A DNA stretch of 28,377 nt, taken from the IMG/VR virus record IMGVR_UViG_3300032219_000815, positions 1 to 28,377 of that record; one strand, 5' to 3'. The DNA comes from a virus (lineage: Duplodnaviria > Caudoviricetes). The notes below the pieces were generated by a model. The model was not told the origin of the DNA and made no database searches. It saw only the letters and a list, made by a program, of their open reading frames with translations. Position numbers and translations under genes: made by a program. This document shows, one piece after another, positions 1 through 8,074 of the stretch. Position 1 is the first letter of the stretch, and each line of letters opens with the position of its first letter.

Positions 1-1754
1 CCGCCGGAGCCGCCGCCGCCAGACGTGCCGATCTCGACATACACGCTGCCCGACCATCGGTACGCACGGCTGGCGTCGGTTGCTATGTAGATCGTGCCGC
101 TCGCCCCCGTGGCCGGGAACCCTGCCGCCGTTGCGGCTTCGACGATGTTGGCAGAGCCGCCGCCGCCACCGCTCGGAGATGCCGCAGCCCATGCCGATCC
201 GTTCCACGTTACAACCTGTCCAGTTGTGGCAGACGACTGCGTCAGGCTTGCCAGCGAGTGCGTATGGCTCGTCGCTGCCTTGCCATCTAGGGCGGCTTGC
301 GTGGCAGTGCTGATCGGTTTCGCCGTGTCGGCAGTGTTGTCCACGCTGCCGAGTCCAACGTCTGCCTTTGCAAGTGTCACCGTGCCAGTGCGTCCTGCCA
401 CGCTCTGCACAGGTGCCGCAGCAGCAGCGCGAGCGTTGGTGTAGTAGAGGTTCGTGCTCCCCTCGGTCACGCTATCAGTCGAGCCTGGAGAGGGCGAGAT
501 TTCGACGTAAGCAGAGCCGCTCCATCGGTAGACTTTGCCGGTGTCTCGCGCGACGTATATCTTGCCGGTCGATTGCTCGGTAAACGCCGCGAGGTTGGCG
601 TACTCAACCACGTCATCGACATAGCTCGGTAGCTGGCTGCTCGGCACGGTGCCGCCCACCAGCGTGGCGTATGTGCCAGACGCCTGCTTGCCATCCAAAG
701 CCGTCTGCAAGCCAGTCACGTCGCTCACTGCGTGCGTGTGAGCCGAAGGGGCAAAGGTGCTGGGGATGCCTGTCAGGCCGGAATATGCAATTGACCCTTG
801 GGCGTGGACGTGATCCGCACGAGCTGCTGAGAGTGCCGTCCCTGCGCTGGCTGTTCCGAGAGGCTGCGGCGTCTCGTCGGCGAGGTTGACGCTACCGGCT
901 GGGCCTTGCGGGCCAGTGTCGCCTTTCGGGCCGGCAGGCAGCACGAATGAAATCGATTGCGATGGGGCTGATCCGCTGATGCTCACGGCAGCCGTCGTGC
1001 CCGTGGTCACGCTGCCGATCGACAGAGAGTTCGCCGGCCCTGTCGGCCCAGGTTGCAGGACGAACGACAGGCTTTGCGACGGGGCTGACCCGCTGATGCT
1101 GACGGCCGCGGTCGCGCCAGTGCTTACGCTACCGATCGACAGCGAGTTCGCCGGCCCTGTCGGCCCAGGTTGCAGGACGAACGACAGGCTTTGCGAGGGG
1201 GCTGATCCGCTGATGCTGACGGCCGCGGTCGCGCCCGTGCTCACGCTGCCTACCGACAGAGAGTTCGCGGGCCCAGCCGGCCCCTGTGGCAGCACGAACG
1301 AAAGCGACTGAGATGGTGCCGATCCGCTGATGCTGACGGCCGCCGTCGTGCCAGTGCTCACGCTGCCGATCGACAGAGAGTTCGCCGGCCCCGCCGGCCC
1401 AGGCTGAAGGACGAACGAAAGCGACTGAGATGGTGCCGATCCGCTGATACTGACGGCCGCCGTCGTGCCAGTGCTCACCGTGCTGATCGACAATGAGTTC
1501 GCAGGGCCGGCACTGCCCGTGTACCCGCGAGGCAGAGAGAAATTGAATTTGGCCGCGTAGGCCGAGCCGACGTTTGTGACGGTGGCCGTCTGTGTCGCGT
1601 CGATCGTCGTGACGGTTCCAGCCTGAATCGTCGCCGCTTGGCCGTTGCCGCCGCCGACAGTCTGGTCGCCGACGTTGACGTTGACCGTGTCGCCGTTGCC
1701 CACGACGCTGTTGATGCTCGTCGAGCCGACGACGACGACGCTGATCTCGCTCAT
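1..1754 (-). CDS. Tail fibre protein, truncated at the window edge (not in ORF track)
   Basis: Manual translation from ATG 1754 (ATGA overlap with the upstream stop) gives MSEISVVVVGSTSINS..., open to base 1. It has five 39-aa repeats, a short collagen-like GPKGDTGPQGP, and fibre-type motifs ARADHVH, PSAHTH, PSSQLPSYVDDVVEY, GKIYVARDTGKVYRWSGSAYVEI, TEGSTNLYYTNARA and VQSVAGRTGTVTLAKADVGLGSVDNTAD. Confidence 0.85.
   Translation of the reverse strand, partial: MSEISVVVVGSTSINSVVGNGDTVNVNVGDQTVGGGNGQAATIQAGTVTTIDATQTATVTNVGSAYAAKFNFSLPRGYTGSAGPANSLSISTVSTGTTAAVSISGSAPSQSLSFVLQPGPAGPANSLSIGSVSTGTTAAVSISGSAPSQSLSFVLPQGPAGPANSLSVGSVSTGATAAVSISGSAPSQSLSFVLQPGPTGPANSLSIGSVSTGATAAVSISGSAPSQSLSFVLQPGPTGPANSLSIGSVTTGTTAAVSISGSAPSQSISFVLPAGPKGDTGPQGPAGSVNLADETPQPLGTASAGTALSAARADHVHAQGSIAYSGLTGIPSTFAPSAHTHAVSDVTGLQTALDGKQASGTYATLVGGTVPSSQLPSYVDDVVEYANLAAFTEQSTGKIYVARDTGKVYRWSGSAYVEISPSPGSTDSVTEGSTNLYYTNARAAAAAPVQSVAGRTGTVTLAKADVGLGSVDNTADTAKPISTATQAALDGKAATSHTHSLASLTQSSATTGQVVTWNGSAWAAASPSGGGGGSANIVEAATAAGFPATGASGTIYIATDASRAYRWSGSVYVEIGTSGGGGSG
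926..1510 (-). repeat. Five tandem 117-bp (39-aa) coding repeats in the tail fibre
   Basis: GAGTTCGC recurs at 1027, 1144, 1261, 1378 and 1495. Unit is approximately GPANSLSIGSVSTGTTAAVSISGSAPSQSLSFVLQPGPA. Confidence 0.95.
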
Positions 1755-2116
1755 GGAGCCACCGCCGTCACGCTGCCGCTGATGATGGTTCTGGTGACCT
1801 CGCCGGGGGCGATCCACCGCAAATACCAGCGGTAGGTCTGCGTCGGAGACAACAGCTTTGTCTGTGTCTCAGTCAGGCCGATCACCATCGCGCCGGTCGA
1901 TGCGTTAGAGATGCCGACCGTAGGCTGCGTGATCGTCGTCCCGACGCCGCTCAAGGAGCCCGCGCCACCGCCAGTTGTGGTCGTGTCGCTCTGGTAGATG
2001 TAGCTCTCCCAGGCGTAATTAGACACGTCACGCTGGAGATTTATAGAAATATTCCATTCATCCCCGCGAACCGCTCGCAAATTTAGTTCACCAGGAAGGA
2101 GCGTGAAATCGGCCAC
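1751..2116 (-). CDS. Tail fibre-associated beta-rich protein (BppU N-terminal-like)
   Basis: GTG start with GAGGTG RBS. Pattern L.L.AVRGD...GLTETQT..L...Y.W.L.W...G..RTII.G.V resembles baseplate upper protein N-terminal domains. Coupled to the fibre gene. Confidence 0.5.
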   Translation of the reverse strand: MADFTLLPGELNLRAVRGDEWNISINLQRDVSNYAWESYIYQSDTTTTGGGAGSLSGVGTTITQPTVGISNASTGAMVIGLTETQTKLLSPTQTYRWYLRWIAPGEVTRTIISGSVTAVAP

Positions 2117-2125
2117 GGCGTCACC

Positions 2126-2434
2126 TCAGTTTGGGGCTGTTTCGCCATGCTGGCCGGCCTTCTTGACGACGGCGGCCTTGATCTCGTGCTGGTCGGCGGC
2201 AATCGCCTGAAGCGTCTCTGCCTGCTTGAACTGCGTCTTTCCGATCTCGTCCAGCGTCTCTCGAGTCGAATCAAGGAACTCGGTGTGAGACTTTACAATT
2301 GGCACCAAAACGGTGCCGTGAAGCGTCACGGCCGCGTCCCTTGCGAACCAGAGGACGACGGCCAAGAGGACAAGTGGCACGCCGAAACGCTCGGCCACGC
2401 GGAACGCGGCCTCCATGAAAGATTCGGTGCTCAT
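2126..2434 (-). CDS. Small membrane protein, holin-like
   Basis: One hydrophobic helix (FGVPLVLLAVVLWFA) followed by a coiled-coil-like C-terminus; GGAG RBS. Confidence 0.45.
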   Translation of the reverse strand: MSTESFMEAAFRVAERFGVPLVLLAVVLWFARDAAVTLHGTVLVPIVKSHTEFLDSTRETLDEIGKTQFKQAETLQAIAADQHEIKAAVVKKAGQHGETAPN

Positions 2435-2452
2435 CTGCGACTCCGCGACGAC

Positions 2453-2476
2453 AAAAGATAGGCCGGTAGCCTATCT
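2453..2476 (-). terminator. Putative intrinsic terminator
   Basis: Minus strand AGATAGGC-TACCG-GCCTATCT-TTT: an 8-bp stem with a short U tract at the kinase stop. Confidence 0.5.
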
Positions 2477-3014
2477 AAATTGTAGCAGCGGCGAGTTCGG
2501 CTCTGAGATCATCCAGGGAGCCCGAATTGTCGATGGTTCGGGCGATCAGATGGTCGCTCACCCCCGCCTCGCTCTGGTGAGCAGCCGCGTCGGCGGCGAG
2601 GCACCGCCAGCCCGGTCGCGTCACCTTCCACACCTCACCGCCTGCTTCAATGACGGCCTGGGCCTCGTTGTCGAACCGAACGTCTGTGATGACGACGCTG
2701 TTGTGGGTCATGTGATTGGCGGCACGCTTCATCGCGATGCGAACCCAGATTTCTGGATGTACCGCCCCGCGGCCCCACTCGGTTCCGAGTGTCTGGAGTA
2801 GCTGCCTGGGCGACTTGCCCAGCCAGGGGATGACTGTCTCCTTCACGTCGCGATCCTTGAGCTTGGCTACGGAAAGGCCCGTGATCGTCGAGACGCATTC
2901 ATAAACGGGATCGGCGAATGCGATCTGGGCGAACGGGCCGCCGTCAGAGTCCGTAAGAAACTCTGCCACGGTATTCTTACCAGCCCCAGCCGGCCCGCAA
3001 AGTCCAATCAGCAT
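2475..3014 (-). CDS. Deoxynucleoside monophosphate kinase (T4 gp1-like)
   Basis: P-loop GPAGAGKNT, plus FADP, SPRQLLQTLGTEWGR, VVITDVRFDNE, HQSE and IDNSGSL. Confidence 0.9.
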   Translation of the reverse strand: MLIGLCGPAGAGKNTVAEFLTDSDGGPFAQIAFADPVYECVSTITGLSVAKLKDRDVKETVIPWLGKSPRQLLQTLGTEWGRGAVHPEIWVRIAMKRAANHMTHNSVVITDVRFDNEAQAVIEAGGEVWKVTRPGWRCLAADAAAHQSEAGVSDHLIARTIDNSGSLDDLRAELAAATI

Positions 3015-3487
3015 AGGAATTCCCTCCCGTCGAAACGAATCGTGATGCCAATCGTGTCTGCATACAGCCTCTGGCTCACGCCCGCCTCGGCCAGCATCTT
3101 CTCAGCCAGTTCGACTCGCAGCAGCCAGCGGGCAGGCGTGGCGTTGCGGAGGGCGATAAGGCCGACGACCTCCTTGATGCCAGCCGAGACGATCGCCCTG
3201 GCGCAGTCGGTGCAGGCAAACCAAGGGCAGAAGAGTTTCGCCCCGGCCGTCGGGTTGCCCGAGGCCGCCGCCTTGTAGATCACCGCCCGCTCGGCGTGCT
3301 CTATGAAATCGTACTTGAACGGTCGCGCGAGCCGGTGCTCGGGACGGGCCACCCCAGGCGGCACGCAGTTGGCGGCGTAGAGCGTCTGCCGGCTCGTCAC
3401 GAGCACGGCTCCGTTCTGCGTGTCCGCGTCGTGGGAACGCTGGACAGCGTAGCGGCAGGCTTCGCGGAGATAGTCGATGTCGCTCAT
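3008..3487 (-). CDS. dCMP deaminase family protein
   Basis: S.D..TQNGAVLV, HAE, ACTDC (zinc ligands, PCxxC variant) and ARAIVSAGIKEVV. Start reassigned to ATG 3487 (ATGA overlap). Confidence 0.88.
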   Translation of the reverse strand: MSDIDYLREACRYAVQRSHDADTQNGAVLVTSRQTLYAANCVPPGVARPEHRLARPFKYDFIEHAERAVIYKAAASGNPTAGAKLFCPWFACTDCARAIVSAGIKEVVGLIALRNATPARWLLRVELAEKMLAEAGVSQRLYADTIGITIRFDGREFLC

Positions 3488-4659
3488 TTTGTCGGCCCTG
3501 CAACGTGCATGGCGGTCAGGCCGCCCTCGGGGAGGTAGATGAATGTTTCCATGCACTGGCGCGAGCAGATGTACCCGCTCGCGGAATGCCACTCGTCTGG
3601 CGGCGTGATGGAGGGGGCGGTTCTCAGCACCACTGAATCAACCGACTCAATCGACCGCTCGGCGGCCTGGGCGTGGAGGTGGCCTGTGTGAAACTCCCGA
3701 TACCAGCACCGCGACCAGTCGGCCGATGCCTCCATCGCCATGATCTGCGGCAGACGCTTCTTCGCCTTGTCGCCGTGGGCCGCGCCGATCAGGTTGCTGC
3801 CGTGGGTGACGTACTGCCGGCGTGTGTAGTGCGGCGAGACGGAGACTCGACCGTCATTGCGAAACCGCTCCTGAAGGATGCGTCGGAAGGCGGCCGTCAG
3901 CGTCTCGTCGTGGTTTCCGTTGACGACGAGCACGTCGGTCGGGACGGTGGCCGCAGATCGTTCCACAAGCCCCAGGAGCGTGTCGCAGCCGACTTGGATC
4001 ATTTTCTGGAAGCGGCCGTCGTTGTCCTGAGGCGTGCCGGCCGTCGTGTTGCCGGCAGGGCCGTCGGCGTTGAACAGGTCTCCCAGAAAAAGGATCGTGC
4101 GGCGGGCCGGCTGATATGTGTCGCCGGTATCAATCAGCGCCATCCCGGCATCGCCGACCATCTTCTCGGCCAGCGACAGATCGTAGTTGTCGTGCCCAGT
4201 CGTCTTCCCATATGCGTACTTACCAAAGTGAGTGTCGGCGACAACGACGACTTGCCAGAGATCGCCGCGGCCTTTGGGCTTGATCGGCTTCTGCTTCACT
4301 CTTGGCAGGCCAGCCGCCGCGATCATCGCCTCGACGGCTTCCTTGATGCCTGGGCCTGCCTTGGGCTTGAGCCGCACCCAGACGCGGTGCAACTCAGTCA
4401 CCGTCGGCTCGCCGTCGTCGCCGGCCGTCGCGACCTCCCACTTGGTCGCTTCGGATGCGGCCACGTCGTACTTGGACAAGTCTGCCTCGATGTGAGCCAA
4501 GAGGTCGGCGACCGTCTTGATGCGGCGGCTCGTCGAGCGGGCCTCGAGAACGTCGCCCTCGCGGCGTTGCGTCACCTGTTCCGCGTCGGCGGCCGGCTTC
4601 GGCGTGGCGGCGGCTGCCGCGGCCGAGAGGATGTCGCCTGTCAGCCCTGAGTCAGCCAT
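3484..4659 (-). CDS. Calcineurin-like metallophosphoesterase with N-terminal extension
   Basis: All five motifs present: DTH, GDLFN, GNHD, HGD, GHLH. Likely start ATG 4659 (MADSGL), preceded by GGAGG. Confidence 0.88.
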   Translation of the reverse strand: MADSGLTGDILSAAAAAATPKPAADAEQVTQRREGDVLEARSTSRRIKTVADLLAHIEADLSKYDVAASEATKWEVATAGDDGEPTVTELHRVWVRLKPKAGPGIKEAVEAMIAAAGLPRVKQKPIKPKGRGDLWQVVVVADTHFGKYAYGKTTGHDNYDLSLAEKMVGDAGMALIDTGDTYQPARRTILFLGDLFNADGPAGNTTAGTPQDNDGRFQKMIQVGCDTLLGLVERSAATVPTDVLVVNGNHDETLTAAFRRILQERFRNDGRVSVSPHYTRRQYVTHGSNLIGAAHGDKAKKRLPQIMAMEASADWSRCWYREFHTGHLHAQAAERSIESVDSVVLRTAPSITPPDEWHSASGYICSRQCMETFIYLPEGGLTAMHVAGPTK

Positions 4660-4892
4660 CGCTGGACTTGCCTCCACTTTGAGGTTTCGTAGCCGCGGGC
4701 CTGGAGTTTCTCGACGATCGTCTTCGCCATCTGGCTTGCCGACACGCCGGTCGCCTCGGAGGTCTTCCGCCATTGCTCACGCACCGCCAGGACGGCGTCT
4801 TGGTGCTCGCTTGACAGACCTTGAAACCAGCTTTGGTTTACTGGCGACGGTCTTGCGCTTTCCAGAATCTCCTGTGCTAGGTCTGGCTCCAT
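4641..4892 (-). CDS. Small helical protein, possibly HTH-like
   Basis: MEPDLAQEILES...SASQMAKTIVEKLQARGYETSKWRQVQRWL. The start at 4892 is inferred. Confidence 0.55.
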   Translation of the reverse strand: MEPDLAQEILESARPSPVNQSWFQGLSSEHQDAVLAVREQWRKTSEATGVSASQMAKTIVEKLQARGYETSKWRQVQRWLTQG

Positions 4893-5001
4893 CCTGCTTG
4901 CCCTCGAGGTGAATCCATCCATCGTCATCGGGGATGCCGCCACCCTCGACCTGTTCGTCGTCGTCATCGGAGAATACGAAGTCTTTTGGTGGGGTTGGCA
5001 T
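4777..5001 (-). CDS. Small acidic/basic hypothetical protein
   Basis: ATG 5001. Acidic N-half (DDDDEQVEGGGIPDDDGW) and basic C-half. Fills the gap downstream of 5034. Confidence 0.5.
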   Translation of the reverse strand: MPTPPKDFVFSDDDDEQVEGGGIPDDDGWIHLEGKQDGARPSTGDSGKRKTVASKPKLVSRSVKRAPRRRPGGA

Positions 5002-5033
5002 GGCTCGTAGTCTCGCCTAGTAGTCTGTTTTGG

Positions 5034-5468
5034 TCAACGCTGGTTCTTGCGTGCATTCTTGATAGCACGCCGCACGAGCATCCTGCCCGCCATGTCGATG
5101 AACGGCAGGCCGCGGGCCGCCGCTTGTGCCCGTAAATGGCCGACGATTTCCTCCATCCGAACCTCACACTCGTCGCAGCCCCACTGATCCATTTGTGCTG
5201 CGTAGGCGTTGCATGAGCAGCCCGCGGAACTGGTGATGTAAAAAGGCCAGCCAGCAAGGAGCTTCTTCAACTCCCAGCCTGGGCCGGGGGATGGCGGTTC
5301 AGGAAGCCGCGAGTCCCTTGGGTACGACGGGTGCGCGACATCGACCGTCCACGCTTCATCGTCCTGGCTGACGACGCACGGCATTACTTCGTCAAGCGTG
5401 TAGCCACGCTCAACGCACCGAGCCTCAAGAAACGAGCGATTACAGGTAATCAGGGAAGAGGGTTGCAT
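5034..5468 (-). CDS. Cys-containing hypothetical tail-region protein
   Basis: From ATG 5468: ...GPGWELKKLLAGWPF...CSCNAYAAQMDQWGCDEC...RGLPF...LVRRAIKNAR. Confidence 0.7.
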   Translation of the reverse strand: MQPSSLITCNRSFLEARCVERGYTLDEVMPCVVSQDDEAWTVDVAHPSYPRDSRLPEPPSPGPGWELKKLLAGWPFYITSSAGCSCNAYAAQMDQWGCDECEVRMEEIVGHLRAQAAARGLPFIDMAGRMLVRRAIKNARKNQR

Positions 5469-5674
5469 ACTGATCCTATGCCTTGGAATTGCTGTTGCGG
5501 TGTATTGCACTGGCACGGTCGCTTCTGCGAACAAGCGCCGCCTGGGCCGATGCACGCTCCGGTAGCGCCGTCGCAGTCCTCTTCGCACTTCTCTTTCGTG
5601 AAGAAGTTCGCCGTCACCACCGTCCACTTGTTAAGTTCCGGCCTGTCCGGGTCGTCAGCCTTAAAGCACACCAC
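5450..5674 (-). CDS. Small Cys-rich protein
   Basis: GGAGG 6 nt upstream of GTG; 8 Cys in 74 aa. Confidence 0.65.
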   Translation of the reverse strand: MVCFKADDPDRPELNKWTVVTANFFTKEKCEEDCDGATGACIGPGGACSQKRPCQCNTPQQQFQGIGSVCNPLP

Positions 5675-5686
5675 CGCAAGCCTCCG

Positions 5687-6211
5687 TCAGTCTATGTAGA
5701 CATCGAACGCAGCAATTAATGCCTGAGCGCCGCTGCGAGTTACTAGGAACTGAATGTCGGAAAACAGCAGCCCCGTCAGGCCGCTACACAGATTGGCTAC
5801 CGGCCTTCCGGCGGGATACGCATATGATGCCGCCGCCACTTTTATGCAGCGGTTCTGATCGTCGCGACCAGAAAAACCCCACAGGGTAATGAGGTCACCG
5901 TTAACCTGTTGCTGAAACGAGATGTACTTCGACAGGTCGCCAAAGGGGCCGCCGCACCCGCCGTCGGCTGCGACTCCTGTGAACGAATACTTCACGCAGG
6001 TCGTCTGTAGTCGCGTCGGGTAAACCTGTGAATCAGTTCTGCCAGTAGTCAGGTCGAGCGGCAACGTATACGTCCCCTCGAAAATCTCGTATGGCACGCG
6101 ATAGCTTTGGTTCGCCACCACTCGCACCGTGATTGACGGCTTTGGGTTTGAGCCGTCTGGGCAGCAGCACTGATAGCAAACCCATTTAGGGCCACAACAC
6201 GGGCACGCCAT
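5687..6211 (-). CDS. Protein with Cys-rich N-terminus
   Basis: ATG 6211 immediately follows the upstream stop; GGAG RBS; begins MACPCCGPKWVCYQCCC. Confidence 0.7.
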   Translation of the reverse strand: MACPCCGPKWVCYQCCCPDGSNPKPSITVRVVANQSYRVPYEIFEGTYTLPLDLTTGRTDSQVYPTRLQTTCVKYSFTGVAADGGCGGPFGDLSKYISFQQQVNGDLITLWGFSGRDDQNRCIKVAAASYAYPAGRPVANLCSGLTGLLFSDIQFLVTRSGAQALIAAFDVYID

Positions 6212-6212
6212 C

Positions 6213-6983
6213 TCAAATCTCCAGCGAGAGGTATGTGGCCGTCTGAGTCCCAACCACAATCGTAACAGTCTGAGTGCCAGATATAATGGTGGCGGTCTGC
6301 ATTGACGAAAGCGAAACGATGGTTGCCGTCTGCGATGCGCCAGCAGTTTTGAATGTAGTGGTCTGCGGGCTGCTGGCAGCTTTTATCTTCGTCGTGGTCG
6401 TTACGATTGAGATGTTACAGTTGCTCGTATTGAGGCTTGCGCTGATGCCCGTGATGATGTCTACATCAGACACACTCGAGACATAAGTCAGCGTCTTGTC
6501 GGGGCCAGCGCTTGCGTAGCTCAAGGTCTGAGTACTGGCCGAGCTTATGAACGATATCGTCTGCGTCGGCTGCGGCCCCAGAACCGTGATCGTCTGCGTG
6601 GCGGTCGCCATCACCGCCGTCTTCGACGACATCTGGAACGAGACGAGATACCACTGCGTGCCGTCTTTGGCGACGTTGACGATGCGGCTCGTCGCCGTGC
6701 TCTTTGGTGCAGGCAGGCTGACCAGCTTGTTCAAGACGCTGACGGTATTCGGCGTGGTCGTGATGCCGTAGAACTTCACGTCCTTCGACGAATCGACGGG
6801 CCATGCGCCTGTGGCAGTGCAGACGCGGAAGACCTTGGGGACGTAGGACGTGCCGTCCCCCTCGAGCGCGGTCGGTATCCGGCTCACAGGCCCACCGAAT
6901 GGGATGGACTCCACTTTCGCGATCGTGCTTTTCAGCTTCTCGCGAAGACTCTCTCCAATGAGGTATTTGCCTGAGTCAGCCAT
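6213..6983 (-). CDS. Putative tail spike/tip protein
   Basis: ATG 6983 (TAATG overlap). Beta-rich N-terminal domain, then periodic TQTxT repeats. Second gene after the tape measure protein. Confidence 0.5.
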   Translation of the reverse strand: MADSGKYLIGESLREKLKSTIAKVESIPFGGPVSRIPTALEGDGTSYVPKVFRVCTATGAWPVDSSKDVKFYGITTTPNTVSVLNKLVSLPAPKSTATSRIVNVAKDGTQWYLVSFQMSSKTAVMATATQTITVLGPQPTQTISFISSASTQTLSYASAGPDKTLTYVSSVSDVDIITGISASLNTSNCNISIVTTTTKIKAASSPQTTTFKTAGASQTATIVSLSSMQTATIISGTQTVTIVVGTQTATYLSLEI

Positions 6984-8074
6984 TACGAGAACCAGCGAAT
7001 GCCGAAGTTTGAGAAGTTGCTGCCGAACGCCATCTCGGGCTGGATGCAGATGCGGTTGATGAGAACCTTCTGATTTATCGGGAAGTTGTCTGTGTTGCGT
7101 GGCGTGCCGTCGTCGTTCAATGCGATCGGCTGGGCGGCGGGGCGCTGGAGCCAACCGCCTTCGTCGCCTGTGGCTGGAACGCTAACCATAGCCCTGGCCT
7201 TCTTCTGCTCTAGGCCGATGGCTAGGACGGGGTATTCGCCGCCAACGAGGTAAACCTTCCCCGCTTTGTGCTCAAGCGCCAGCGCCTTTACGTCAACGTC
7301 TGAACGAGACAGGCCGGAGTTGTAGATATTGAAACCAGTCTGCGGCACGGCCATGTCCCAGCCGATGGCCTGAAACCCCTCGCGAGTGATTGTCCAGTGC
7401 GCCCTGACTGCGAACCCAAACGTGACCTTGAATCCGCGAAACGTCGTGTCGCCGAACTGCTCGACTACGGCGGTCGAGGAAATGCTTTGGAGCATACAGC
7501 AGTGGACGCCAACGGATAGGTTGCTGAACGTAAACAAGTCGCTGTTCACATAGCCGCAGTAAGCGAGCAACTGGCTCATGTCGCTATAGGAATACTGGTC
7601 TATGTTGATGTTCACGACCGGCTCAAGTCGCGTAACACCGTCAACGAGATCGCCTACGGGGTTGACTGCTGGAATCCACGAGCCAGACACACCACCAGTC
7701 ACAGGCGCACCGCCCCATGCAGCAATCTCCGTCAGCGACGTGCTCATCGAGTAGAGGGCTGGTCGCTGGGTCGGGGCTTGCCTGCCGGGGTCTGTGTTGC
7801 CGATGCCCGCGGTCGTCCGGTACTGAGCCGTGACGATCCGCACCATTCGGCTGTCGCCGTCGGCCTTGACATCCAGGCTGACGCATGGGATCGGGTTCGC
7901 CGGCCCGAGAGGGTCGCCGATGTTGACGCCGATGGCATCGGAGATGACGAATGACTCGTTTGGCGAGTTGAGCAGAATCTTCCATGTTCTCGTAGCCTGA
8001 TCGGCAAGCGAGCCGCCTTCGGCACTGCGGCTGAAGGATTTGCCCTGCGCGAGTTCTGAGACGAGCTTGGGCAT
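6983..8074 (-). CDS. Minor tail protein (distal tail/hub position)
   Basis: 363 aa, beta-rich, coupled by TAATG to the tape measure gene. Confidence 0.55.
   Translation of the reverse strand: MPKLVSELAQGKSFSRSAEGGSLADQATRTWKILLNSPNESFVISDAIGVNIGDPLGPANPIPCVSLDVKADGDSRMVRIVTAQYRTTAGIGNTDPGRQAPTQRPALYSMSTSLTEIAAWGGAPVTGGVSGSWIPAVNPVGDLVDGVTRLEPVVNINIDQYSYSDMSQLLAYCGYVNSDLFTFSNLSVGVHCCMLQSISSTAVVEQFGDTTFRGFKVTFGFAVRAHWTITREGFQAIGWDMAVPQTGFNIYNSGLSRSDVDVKALALEHKAGKVYLVGGEYPVLAIGLEQKKARAMVSVPATGDEGGWLQRPAAQPIALNDDGTPRNTDNFPINQKVLINRICIQPEMAFGSNFSNFGIRWFS

Noticed and set aside
80-1311. Plus-strand ORFs, including the repetitive 141-aa ORF
   Set aside because: Antisense to the tail fibre; their repeats only mirror the 117-bp coding repeats.
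926-1510. Possible CRISPR array or DGR template/variable repeat
   Set aside because: Contiguous in-frame units with no spacers, no obvious adenine-specific variation, and no cas or reverse transcriptase gene in the window.
3673-4650. 325-aa plus-strand ORF
   Set aside because: Antisense to the phosphoesterase, which has a complete motif set.
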